The translations under genes were made by a program, and so were the position numbers. Positions 1 to 11,370 of a DNA stretch of 39,804 bases are shown piece after piece (within the stretch, counting starts at the first letter, position 1; each line of letters begins with the position of its first letter). Source of the stretch: Octopus sinensis (lineage: Eukaryota). Location: positions 1 to 39,804 of the forward strand of contig NW_021835498.1 in assembly GCF_006345805.1 (NCBI RefSeq). The letters are read 5' to 3'. The notes beneath the pieces were generated by a model. It was not told the DNA's origin and made no database searches. It saw nothing but the letters and a program-made list of their open reading frames with translations.

Positions 1-283
1 CAGAACCCCTGCTGTAGAGAATGGTTTGATGATGATTTGGGTGCTATTTCTAGCACGTCGGTTGACTATGCAGAGGCTCCCTCGTTGACTAGTTTTCGTG
101 TGTGTGTGTGTTTGTGTGTTTAGGCTTTTAAACGCTAATAATCATTCTACATTTGTAAGTAAATATTCAGTTTATTAATTAGGTTTTAATTAATTTTTTA
201 ACGATCATTTCGTATTTTTTTTTTATAATATCATTTTGTGGGCGAATATTTAATTATTTTTCGAGTACGCGTGCGTGTGTTTA

Positions 284-297
284 TACACACACACACA

Positions 298-354
<57 letters not shown>

Positions 355-404
355 CGTGTATGTGTGTATGTATACATACATACATACATACATACATACA
401 TACA

Positions 405-433
<29 letters not shown>
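284..433. repeat. Compound microsatellite (CA)n-(TA)n-(TACA)n
   Basis: Directly visible. One of dozens of such tracts (e.g. 1400-1595, 3496-4000, 27225-27400, 30213-30280, 35340-35580). Confidence 0.97.
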
Positions 434-435
<2 letters not shown>

Positions 436-848
436 GTGACTGTGTGGTAAGTAGCTTACCAACCACATGGTTCCGGGTTCAGTCCTACTACGTGGGACCT
501 TCGGTAAGTGTCTTCTACTATAGCTTCGGACCGACCAAAGCCTTGTGAGTGGATTTGGTAGACGGAAACTGAAAGAAGCACATCGTATATATATATATGG
601 ATGTATGTATGTATGTATGTATGTATGTATGTATGTATGTATGTATATCTTTGTGTATTTGTGTTTGTCTCCCAAACATCGCTTGACAACCGATGGTGGT
701 GAGTTTACGTCCCCTTCACTTAGCGGTTTGGCAAGAGATCTGATAGAATAAGTACTAGGCTTACAAAGAATAAGTCCTGGGGTCGATTTGCTCGACTAAA
801 GGTAGTGATCCACATGGTGCATTCAAATGACTGAAACAAATAAAAGAA
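436..848 (+). mobile_element. tRNA-derived SINE, family A (CORE-like central segment, internal microsatellite)
   Basis: Head tgtgtggtaagtagctt...ggttcagtcc (A/B-box-like), internal (TA)/(TATG)n, tail atgactgaaacaaataaaaga. Aligns by eye with at least six other copies in the window. Confidence 0.9.
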
Positions 849-881
849 TATATATATATTTATATATATATATATATATAA

Positions 882-1397
882 ACATAGTAAATAGGGTAAT
901 AAAAATAAATTATTATTACCAGTGGCCTAGCACAAAAGACGAATTGGTCATTAGACTATGCGTTATTCATATATAAATACATTAAAAGGCCTCCAAATAA
1001 AGAAGCGAGTGCTAGATACACAAAAAGGGGATAAATTCATGAAATGGAATGAAAATCAAAAACGGTTACCATCTCAGCTAATCCTGTACTGCAGTTCCAT
1101 CTTTTTTTTTTTATTTTAGCAAATGAATAGAATTCATCTGCCAAGGCCAGGATCGTCAGCAGCAAGCCTTTGTAATCCGAGCTGTACATATCGTTGGAAG
1201 CACGGGCAAATCCAACGATCTGTATACCCTAACTTTTCAGACCAGTGCGCAGACTTTGCTAAAAAAAAAAGGGGGAACTGCAGTAAAGGATTAGCTGAGA
1301 TGGTAAACGTTTTTGATTTTCATTCCATTTCATGAATTTATCCCCTTTTTGTGTATCTAGCACTCGCTTCTTTATTTGGAGGCCTTTTAATGTATTT
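882..1397. mobile_element. (TA)n-embedded non-coding element with 124-bp inverted arms (975-1098 / 1274-1397)
   Basis: Arms are reverse complements with 2 mismatches by eye; flanked by (TA)n on both sides. Shares accagtgg(c/t)ctagca with the TA-flanked element at ~27000-27225. Confidence 0.75.
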
Positions 1398-1418
1398 CTA
1401 TATATATATATATAATAT

Positions 1419-1500
<82 letters not shown>

Positions 1501-1519
1501 GATAGGACAGATAGGATAG

Positions 1520-1595
<76 letters not shown>

Positions 1596-1606
1596 TAGAA
1601 TATTAA

Positions 1607-1986
1607 TTTGTTTCAGTAATCAAACTGCGGCCCTGCCGTGGCACAGCCTTGAAGAATTTTTAGCGGATGTATTGACCACGGCATTTGATTTTTTTTAAGC
1701 CAGGTAATACTTTTTCTTTCTTTTTTTCCCGAAATGCTAAGTTACGAGGGCATAAACATAATAAGATTGGTGGTCAAGCGGTGATGGGGGACAAACACAG
1801 ACACAAAGACACACACACATATGCAACGGGCTTCTTTTAGTTTCCCTCTGCCAAATCCACCCACAAGCCTTTGGTTGCCCCAAAGCTATAGTAGAGAACA
1901 CTTGCCCAATCTATCACGCAGTGGGGCTGTATCCGGAACAGTGTGTTTAGGAAACAAGCTTCTTACCACACAGCTTTTCCTGTGCC
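1607..1986 (-). mobile_element. SINE family A, diverged copy
   Basis: Reverse complement of family A (cttaccacacagc head; gacaaacacagacacaaagac; tttcag tail). Confidence 0.85.
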
Positions 1987-2145
1987 TATATACAATATAT
2001 ACATTACAGTTAATAGAAAACATTGTGAAAGTGAGTAATAATGTTTGGGAAAATCGAAAAGCAAAAAACAGAATGTAAAGAGTTGGGGACTAAATCACCC
2101 GTATGGTGGCTGTTCATCTCTCCTAAGAGTTTATTATTACCTACC

Positions 2146-2380
2146 TACCTATTTCTTTATAATCCACAAGGGGCTAAACACAGAGGGGACAAACAAGGAC
2201 AGACATAGGTATTAAGTCGATTACATCGACCCCAGTGCGTAACTGGTACTTAATTTATCGACCCCGAAAGGATGAAAGGCAAAGTCGACCTCGGCGGAAT
2301 TTGAACTCACAACGTAACGGCAGACGAAATACCGCTAAGCATTTCGCCCGGCGTGCTAACGTTTCTGCCAGCTCGCCGCC
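2146..2380 (-). mobile_element. tRNA-derived SINE, family B
   Basis: Minus strand ggcggcgagctggcagaaacgttagc...gagttcaaattcc (A/B boxes), then gcctttcatcctttcggggtcgataaattaagtacca, resembling the conserved central domain of Meta/Sauria-type SINEs. Repeated at 11513-11908. Confidence 0.88.
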
Positions 2381-2796
2381 TACCTACCTATCTACCTACC
2401 TACCTACCTACCAACCTATCTACCTACATACAAGTATGCATGTGTGTGTCTCTCTCTCTCTGTGGAGGAAAAGCATGATGGACACAAGAGGCAGTCTATC
2501 CCGTTTGTGTTTCCTACATATGTTTCGCCATGGCAGTTATTCGCATCCTCTGCAGTGTGTGTCCATAGAACATTTCAATGCAGATCCACAACGGCTCTTC
2601 AGAGGTACACTTTATTACATTATAGTAACAGGGCAAATGCTTGTCACACACGCGTACATACATACATACACAAACGCACAAATACAAACACATACATACA
2701 TACATACATACATACATACATACATACATACATACATACATACATACATACATACATACACACACACACGTACGCGTGCGCACATTCACACATATA

Positions 2797-3250
2797 CATC
2801 ATCATCATCATTGTTCGACCGTGGTCGAGACAATGGAATTTACCATGCTACGCCAGACTTCACGGTCCATCATGGCATTACGGAGATCCTGTTGCTGGAT
2901 GCCTGTATCCCTGGAGATTACATCAGGGTAGGAGAGTGTGCGCCCTCTGGTATTGCGAGTAGATGGCTTCCAGAGGAGAAGAGTAGAAATTACTTCTTTT
3001 TCAGCTCTACAACAATGTCCAGCAAACTGGACTCTCCTACCTTTCACAAGAGATGACACAGGTGGTAGTTTCCCATATATTTGCATTTTGGTTGGATGGC
3101 GCTTCCACGAGAGATTTTGAGCTCTCATAAGGAGGCGAGTGTAGGTTCCATCCAACCGCCTCTCAAGCTTCTTTGATAACGTCCAGGTTTCTGAGCCATA
3201 TAGTAGAACTGGTTCGACTGTGGCTTTGAAGATTTCAAGTTTGAAGTCTC
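2797..3250 (-). mobile_element. RTE-type LINE, 3' fragment with (TGA)n tail
   Basis: ORF 2808..3359 contains VEPVLLYGSETWTL, RRVQFAGHCCR and DREVWR, typical of the RTE ORF C-terminus. Stop codon runs directly into (TGA)n. Confidence 0.88.
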
Positions 3251-3549
3251 TATACATATACACACACAAGACAAAGACATTGAAACCCTGAATATACACA
3301 GAGCGAATAGGCATATTTCCAAACATTGGAATAGGCACCAGCAGAGAGTGACAGAACATAAGAACTATCGGTGGAAAAACTTGTTCATAGGGAATTTTTA
3401 GGACATGTTACTATGTTGAATTGGAGCTGTCTTGTTTTTCGATGGAATGTGAGTGGAGATGAAATGGGCTGAATAAAGAAGGATTTCGTTTCGATATGTG
3501 TGTTTGTGTGTATGTATGTGTGTGTATGTATGCATGTGTGTGTACACGT

Positions 3550-3581
<32 letters not shown>

Positions 3582-3948
3582 ACGTGTGTGTGAGAGTGTG
3601 TACGCATGTGTGAGAGTGTGTACGCGTGTGTGTATGTGTGTGTATGTGTGTGTATGTGTGTGTACGCGTGTGTGTATGTGTGTGTATGTGTGTGTACGCG
3701 TGTGTGTATGTGTGTGTACGTGTGTGTGTGTGTACGCGCGCGTGTGTGTATGTGTGTGTGTTTATGTGTGCGTGTGTCTGTGTACGCGTATGTGTGTATA
3801 TGTATGTGTGTGCGTGTGTGTATGCGTGTGTGTTTATGTGTGTGTATGCGTGCCTGTGTGTACGCGTGTGTGTACGCATGTGTGTGTATGTGTCTGTATG
3901 TGAGTATGTATATGGGTGTGTGCGTTTGTGTGTGTGACAGAGTGAGAC

Positions 3949-3981
<33 letters not shown>

Positions 3982-4000
3982 TAGAGAGAGAGAGAGAGCT

Positions 4001-4325
4001 ATAAAGTATGTGGTTTGGGTGCTTCTGAGGACAAGAAGCGTGGTTGCGTATAATCTAAGAGATGAAGAGGTGTGGCAGAAGTGGAGTCGAGTGGCATTGG
4101 AAGAACAAATTCTGATGCACAAGTGAGGATGGATAGGCCGTATCTTAAGGAAACCAACATCCTGCGTTACACATCAGGAACTCACAAGGGAGATGGAAAA
4201 AAGGATGCCCTAAAAATACCTGGAAACAAGATACTGGGGGAGACCTGAAAATGCAGACAACTAACTGGAGGGAGGCAGAAGAGACGACAGTGGAGAGAAG
4301 GAAAGAAATTAGCCCTGGCTGAGTA
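4001..4325 (+). pseudogene. Highly decayed RTE-like LINE C-terminal fragment
   Basis: Residual translation IGRILRKPTSCVTHQ resembles the RTE 'WIGHTLRKP..CVT.Q' segment; frameshifted. Confidence 0.45.
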
Positions 4326-5790
4326 TACCTATCTGAAATGTGTTTCAGATATCCATGGTTGTTTATCTTATTGTATAACGACGTCTACGTTGTTCGTGGG
4401 GTGGGGATCTAGGATTTTTTTGGTGTTTTGCTCAAAAGTTTCGAGAAAAATTATTCTAGTAAGGATTGACTCCCATTTTTTTACTGTTGCCCGTAAAACC
4501 TTGGTCCCGATTTGTTTGGTGTTGGCTCGGCTAGAAAGGGTGTTGCCAAGGCAACTAGAGCATCACTCCTGCATTCGCTACTGTTGTTTAACCAGTTTAT
4601 ATTTTCAAGGTGATTGAAGAAGGCTTGGCTGTAATTTTAATCGGTCGAAGGAACGCGAAAGAACTCCGGGTATAAATACCAGAATCGAACTTCACGGACA
4701 TTGCTATTGTTTGGAAGCTGAATATTTTTTATGAAGATGACGAGAAGAGAAACCATACCATAGGAAGAGGGCTTCTTGAAATTCTATGCTTCGTGATATC
4801 ACTTGCGAACTGTGCTGAAGATTTTATGCTATCATGGGCCAACTGATGGAGTATCCTCTCGCAACTCTTTGTGCCAACTCGAAGCGGACTAACCCATGGC
4901 GGTGCTGAAATGGAATTGTGATAAGGAGCGGCGCATTGAGAGACTACTTTCACCAAACCAGGTGACTGATCTTTCAAAGAATTGGGAGCAAAATATTAAA
5001 ACCACATTGCCAGCAAAAAGTGAGGTTTGGTGGTTTATCGTGGCAACTCGTAATATGGAGAAGGATTGTGTTGTATGACAGAACTGAAAACCGGTTTTAA
5101 TTACGTGTTTCCATTTGGAAGCCATTTTGCTGATACACGTTCTGCTTTCCTTGCAGTTACATAGAAATCACTTCTCCTTTATGGCAGTTCTTTATTATAG
5201 ATTCTTAAGGCTACAAGCCAAATGCACGAGCGCACACACACACACAGACAAAGTGTTTATTACATATTTTTATTATCACTATCTCTCTATTATCTACCTA
5301 CCTATCTATCTATCTATCTGTCTGTCTGTCTCTGTCTCTGTCTGTCTGTCTCTGTCTCTGTCTGTCTCTCACTCTCTGTATATATATATATATAACAAAG
5401 ATATATGGGTGTCAATTCATTACGGCCGAATTGACACCTGTACATCTTATTTACATTCAATTCAACTAAACTTGAATCAGCACTTCGGAAACACTATAGA
5501 AATTATCTTTATAAAAAGTACCTGACTGAATTACCAAGAGCAGATATCCTCACTTGGATGGATTGCGTTGTCTACACACACGACAGGAATATTGAGTACA
5601 AATACCCCTACACGGAGTCTTGATATTCAATATTCAAATAATATTATCTGAGTGTACGGATTATACCAAACTAGCAAGGTGCCTCATTCAATTTAAGTAC
5701 CTAATTCAACTGAATTATATATAAATATATATATATATATATATTTTAAGTTTCAGCTCAGAGCTGCGGCCATGCTGATGCCGCATATAT

Positions 5791-5860
<70 letters not shown>

Positions 5861-5994
5861 AAATTATTGGTGAATTGAAGAAATGGAGCTGAACGCAGAT
5901 TGAACAGAAGGTATCGTTAAACTTTTGATTAATCTACTACACGATTATTCATCTTTCTATTTCACATAATTATATATATTATATATATATTTAT

Positions 5995-6397
5995 GTGGTA
6001 AATATACTTCACGTTGTCGTACAGCTACTGTTTATACCTCGCTCAGAGATTTATTATTGCTTATTTCCACTTTTTCGAGATCAGTGAATTTTCGTCACCG
6101 GAAAAGGATATATATTTGCAAAGGGGGACCCACTTTTTATCGGCAATCGGTGATTGTCACACGCAGATGACGGGTCAATACCCAGAAACTCGAGTCCGTG
6201 TGTATCATGTCAGATTGAAGATGGCTTCCATATGCAAATACTGATAGGGCACAGAAAGTGTGTCAATAGCCAACTGGAGGAGATGTCTTCCTGGGGCTAC
6301 AAGCAACAGTAGCATCAACCCTTAAGGGTTAGCCACATTTGAGTGGCAAATATACTTCACGTTGTCGTGCAGCTACTGTTTATACCTCGCTCAGAGA

Positions 6398-6401
<4 letters not shown>
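5995..6401 (+). mobile_element. Retrozyme-like / Penelope pLTR-like unit: 348-bp period, 59-bp terminal direct repeat, one hammerhead
   Basis: 5995-6053 matches 6343-6401 (2 mismatches); (TA)n on both sides; hammerhead fold at 6158-6202. Confidence 0.75.
6158..6202 (+). ncRNA. Minimal type I hammerhead ribozyme (core CAGAUGA, GUC site)
   Basis: cacacg-CAGATGA-c-ggg-tcaata-ccc-a-GAAA-ctcgag-TC-cgtgtg: 6-bp stem I, 3-bp stem II, palindromic stem III ACTCGAGT. Confidence 0.75.
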
Positions 6402-6474
<73 letters not shown>

Positions 6475-6535
6475 TAAATGGCGGTGCCCCAGTATGGACA
6501 CACCTCATGAGCTGAAACTAGATCAAATTAAATCA

Positions 6536-7572
6536 TCTTTATATATATAAAACTGAGAATGTGTGTCTGTCTGTCTATCTGTCTGTGTGATTCCCTAAAA
6601 CTTGAGAACTGCACAACCAATTACATTCAAATTTTACACATGTCTTACTTAGGGTCCATGTAGTTTCATGGGCAAAAAAAATGTTCAATTTCTTGCCTAG
6701 AACGAGCCCATAGCAATATCATATCTTCTCCACTATTTCAGTATTACGTGTTAAAAGTGAAACAAAAACGTTTCTCTATTTTATGTTAGATGCTTTCACT
6801 TTAACAATAAAAATAATAATAACAATTGAATTATATGTAGTAAGTAATAATTAAAATCAAACTAAAGTATAATATCATCGTAACATAACAAAAGTAAAAA
6901 TAGCAATTGGTATAAAATTGCATCAATGATTTGAACTTGAATAAGTGGTTTCACATGAATGAGAATAAATTAAAAATAAAATTAGCGTGCAGAAATGGAA
7001 TAGTCCAGATGAATAATAAAAAATTAAATTAAAGAAAAGCCTATTGTCTATAAAGTGTACAATATAGAGAAAAAAGATTTGAACACATGGAGGAAAGCAC
7101 CTTCGAAAAGTGTCTTGGTGCGACTATGAACGGTATCTAATCAGAGGCGGTAAATTCGCCACAATAGAAGCAAGGTTCGAGTCAACGGGGCGTGCAAGGG
7201 AGTACTCGACTTGAACTTGCGAAGTGGAAATATTTTATTTTTACCTTTATATCTGGGACGTAGGACGTCCCGGAAAAAAATTTAAAGTGTCCCCCCTCCA
7301 AGTAGAAGTAGGCTGGATTGTAGCCACACTTCTATACAAGAGGGAGGACAAGATACAATTGATGAAAATTACAAGAGACGGGCTAACAATTCCATTCTGT
7401 TATATATTTTGAGTATTGTTATCACTAGCGATATCAAGATATAACTTTCTATTTGGTATTTTATGTGTAGATGTATATATATAGATGTACATGTAATATG
7501 TACACATATATATATACACATATATACATGCACTAGCACTACGACCCGGCAACGACGGGTCTTTAATGCTAG
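6536..7572 (+). mobile_element. Non-autonomous Helitron
   Basis: 5' A^TCtttatatatataaaa followed by (GTCT)n; 3' hairpin gacccg-gcaacga-cgggtc (7543-7561) 7 nt before CTAG^T; inserted between A and T with no TSD. Confidence 0.8.
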
Positions 7573-8841
7573 TATGTATATATATGATTCTTATGTATGT
7601 ATGTATATATGTAGGTATGTATGTATGTATGTATGTATGTAGGTATGTACGTATGTATGGTAAAACGTGAGTGATGTAAAGTGAAGGGGAGAAAAACGTA
7701 GTAAAAATGAGAAAAGAGGGGAAGAATGATAGAGAGAGTAGAAGAAAGGAGGAGGGGAAGAGAAAGAGGTGAAGGAGTAGGAGACTGGAGGTGGGGGTAT
7801 GATGTTCATCCTCATCATGAAGATGATGATGAGGAGGAGGAGAAGAAGGAGGCGGATAGGGAGAAGGCGTAGGAAGCATCAGAAGAAAACAGAAGAAAAC
7901 AGAAGAAATTCAAAAGTTGAGAGATGTGAAGGAATATCCCACCATGTTTGATTGGCTATCAGCGTCACTACGATGCTCCGCCGTCCACCAAAAACGCCTC
8001 GGCAAATTTCTGTTATTTTCCATTAGATTTAATTTATTTATTTATCTGTTTATTTATTCATTTTGGATAAGCATTTTGTTTTGTTTTTTTAAAAAAAAAA
8101 ACGAGAAAGAAACTCCGGCTGGAAGAAGACAAACAGACAGACTCAAAGACAATGAGAAGCAAAGCATGTAGGTTGGTCGGCTGGTCGGCTGGTCGGCTGG
8201 TTGGAAGGTAGGCTGGCAGGCTGGCTGGTAGGTCGACTGGTAGTAGGAAATATATCGACGAGAACGAAGGAGAAGAATATTGAAAACCTGTGCGGTAAAT
8301 GACGTCATCAGTCAGTGCAACGACCGGCTGGTTTAACACAGATTATTAATGTATGTCAAATATATTATTGTAAACATACAACACACACGTGTGGGTGTTT
8401 CTCTGAGAGAATGGAAGACTTGTGTATTTACATATATATTTATCGAAGCAGTTGAACACTGAAGCACCTACACACACACATGCACTCACACGCACACACC
8501 GCCACCACTACCACCACCACCACAAATTTATATTATATAATATTACGATATAATATAATGATAGAATATATGTGTGTATATGTATAATATATATCATAAA
8601 TTATCTATATCATATATTACATGTATATACATATACATGTAATATATAATACACGTATATTATGCCTTATATATATATATATATATAATATATATGAAAA
8701 AAAAAAGAGTAGAGTAAAGAAATAAGGAAATAAAGTTCACAGTTCATTTTTCAAAAGGTAAGGATGTTAGTCCGAATGTCCTTTGATAAATTCCAAAGTA
8801 TATCCAAGCAGTATTATGGCAAAGTATATATATATATATAT

Positions 8842-10838
8842 TGGCCATGGGAACGCGAATGTGCCCCAACTATGCGAACCTGTTCGTGGCTATGTTGAGG
8901 CCCAAATATTCTCTAATTTCACTGGTCCCACTCCCGAACTATACGGTCATTACATTGACGACATTATCAGTGCCACCTCACTCTCCCGTGAACATCTAGA
9001 TTCCTTCCTCTCTTTCGTTCAATCCTTCCATCCTGCCCTCCACTTCACCTCCACTATCTCCTACACCTCTGTCTCCTTCCTCGACATTTCGGTCAGCAGT
9101 CATCACTCCACTCTTACCACCTCCATTCACTACAAACACACAGACTCACACTCATACCTAAACTTCTCTTCCTCCCACCCCAAACACACTAAGCTTTCCA
9201 TCCCCTATTCCCAATTCCTCCGTCTACGTAGGCTCTGTAGTGACGACCATGACTTTGAGACTCAGTCTCAACTCATGGCTTGCGACTTCATCCTACGTGG
9301 ATATCCCCTCACCACTATCCACACCGCCCTTGCCAGAGCACGTTCCGTAGACCGTGCATCTGCTCTTTCCCCCCGAACCCGCCCTGCAGTATCCCGCCTC
9401 CCTTTTCCTCCTCACTTACCACCCCACCACCTACCTCTCCAACGCACCATTCTTCGAGCTTTCCGGCATCTCCAGTCTGACTCGTCCACTTCACACCTCC
9501 TCCCTAACCGACCCCTCCTCTCTTTCAAACGAGCCCATAACCTTTTGGTCCACAGCTTCTTCCCTGACCCTACCTCCCAACCTGGCTCGTTCCCCTGCTC
9601 CCGCCCACGTTGCCGCACTTGCCCTTACCTCTCCAACACCACCATCCTCACTGGCACCCATCATTGACTCCTTCACCTGCACCTCCAGCAATATCATCTA
9701 TTGCATCTCCTGCTCTCTCTGCCATTCCCTGTACATCGGACAAACGGGACGCCGCTTGGCTGACCGGTTCGCGGAACACGTCCGAGACATCCGCCTTGCC
9801 AACGATACACCGGTCTCACGCCATTTCCGCTCTACCGGTCACTCCTTGGAACACCTGTCTGTGTTCGGATTGTCCTTGCACAGAGGCCATCCGGATTCCC
9901 GTTTGCGCCGTGAACAGGGATTAATCTTCTCTCTTCGCTCTGTCACGCCATTTGGTCTCAACTCTTTCCCCCTTTTCATCTACCCCCCCCCCGACTCCTT
10001 CTTCTCTTCAGTCCTCCATCTTTTCACCCCTACTCTCTTTCCCTCCTCTTCCCTCCTTTCCCTTCTTCCCTCTTCTTCTTTCTTCTTTCTTCTTTCTTCT
10101 CTCTCCTCCCTCTTCTTCTTTCTTCTTTCTTCTTCCCTCTTCCCCCCTCTCTTTCTCTCTGCTCCCTCACTCCCCTTCTCTTCCCCTCCTCCTCCTCCTC
10201 CTCTCCCTCTCCCCTCCTCTCCTTCTTCCCTCCCTTCTCCTCCCCTTCTCCTCCCCTTCTCCTTCTTTCCTTTCTCCTCCCCTCCTCCTCTTGTTCTCCT
10301 CTCCTTCTTTCTCCTCTCCCTCCTCCTCCTCCTCTCTCCCCCTCATCTCTCCTTCCCCCTCCTCCCCTCCTCTCTCTTCTCTCCCCCTCTCACTCTCCCC
10401 CACACCACACTACACTACACCATACGACATTACACATCACATCATACATACATACACACGTCCAAACCACCAGCCCTCTTCCACATGCACATACATAATC
10501 TCTTGTGCACACACGCACCTTCAGGTTGGAGCGAGGTCACTTGACCCTGTTATCTCCCCTACTATCCCTCTAGCGTCTAACGTCTGACCTCTAACGTTTG
10601 ACCTCCGATCTCTGACTTCTGAAATCAGAACGCCATGTTGGACCGTTAGCCCCTACACGCAATTTTTTCTCTCCTTGTTTCTCTCCTTGTTTCTTTTCTG
10701 TGTATCTTTCTGTCGAAGAGCGTAGGCTCGAAACGTAAAAGACTTGTTTTATTTCTATTCCTGAGCGCCATACTAATACGTTATTTGTTTGTACTCCACC
10801 TGCCTTCGTCTTTTGTTTATTTTCGTAAACCTTCCCGC
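8842..10838 (+). mobile_element. 5'-truncated Penelope-like element (Neptune-type): RT + GIY-YIG endonuclease, frameshifted
   Basis: AMGTRMCPNYANLF, YIDD, FLDI, HYKHTDSHSYL...IPYSQFLRLRRLCS, Cys linker PCSRPRCRTC, then NIIYCISC..C..LYIGQTGRRLADRFAEH. Pyrimidine-rich 3' UTR (10030-10400), terminal hammerhead, (TA)n on both flanks. Confidence 0.93.
10705..10742 (+). ncRNA. Minimal hammerhead variant in the PLE 3' end (core CUGUCGA, GUA site)
   Basis: tcttt-CTGTCGA-a-gagc-gtag-gctc-GAAA-c-GTA-aaaga; position matches the known pLTR location of PLE hammerheads. Confidence 0.7.
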
Positions 10839-10845
10839 TATATAT

Positions 10846-10891
<46 letters not shown>

Positions 10892-10990
10892 ATAAAAACG
10901 GTAAGATAACAAAAGAAAGAAAGAGACTTCGATATTATGTAAATAGAGGAATTTATCTGTAAAAGTAATATGTGACAATTATTCGGTAGC

Positions 10991-11057
10991 CAAGATAAAA
11001 CTCCGAGTTTCAGATGCCGAGGTGGAAATCCACGACACCATCTCTTCAGTTACCCTG
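10991..11057 (-). ncRNA. Type I hammerhead ribozyme (canonical CUGAAGA core, GUU site, extended stem II)
   Basis: Minus strand cagggtaa-CTGAAGA-gatg...gtgga-tt-tccac...catc-t-GAAA-ctcggag-TT-ttatcttg; 8-bp stem I with two G-U pairs. Confidence 0.75.
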
Positions 11058-11239
11058 ATAACTAAAGTGATGGATAAATTTCTGGATGACTGAATTGCAT
11101 CATGGTGCTGGTTCTCTCACATTCGGTGCCCAACTGATCCTATTATACTGTGTAGTCGACAAAATCAAAATCAATGTGCATGAGTGAAATAGAAAATAGA
11201 AAATAGTGACAATTTATCCCTCGCACCATACGCACACAC

Positions 11240-11275
<36 letters not shown>

Positions 11276-11301
11276 ACACAATATGTAACCATTAGTTAGT
11301 T

Positions 11302-11370
11302 GTCATAATAAAACTCAGTTTCGGATTCCAGGGCTGAAGTCTGCTCCGGCATCTCATCAATTATTAAGAC
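11302..11370 (-). ncRNA. Type I hammerhead ribozyme (UUGAUGA core, GUU site)
   Basis: Minus strand gtcttaataa-TTGATGA-gat-g-ccgg...ctgg-a-atc-c-GAAA-ctgag-TT-ttattatgac; 9 of 10 stem I positions pair. Confidence 0.7.

Noticed and set aside
34-90. Short dispersed repeat (gctatttctagc...gaggctccctcg), with similar pieces at ~13690-13750 (-) and ~19085-19135
   Set aside because: Probably an old SINE or MITE remnant, but too degenerate to bound or classify.
1125-1165. CTGACGA on the minus strand in the fold-back spacer
   Set aside because: No convincing stem II + GAAA + stem I arrangement follows.
7400-7879. Pro/His-rich ORF MLPTPSPYPPPSSPPPHHH
   Set aside because: Arises from GGA/TGA simple repeats and runs into (TACA)n; no domain or splice support.
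9985-10544. Long Ser/Leu/Pro/Phe extension of the GIY-YIG ORF
   Set aside because: Read-through into the pyrimidine-rich 3' UTR of the PLE, not a real domain.
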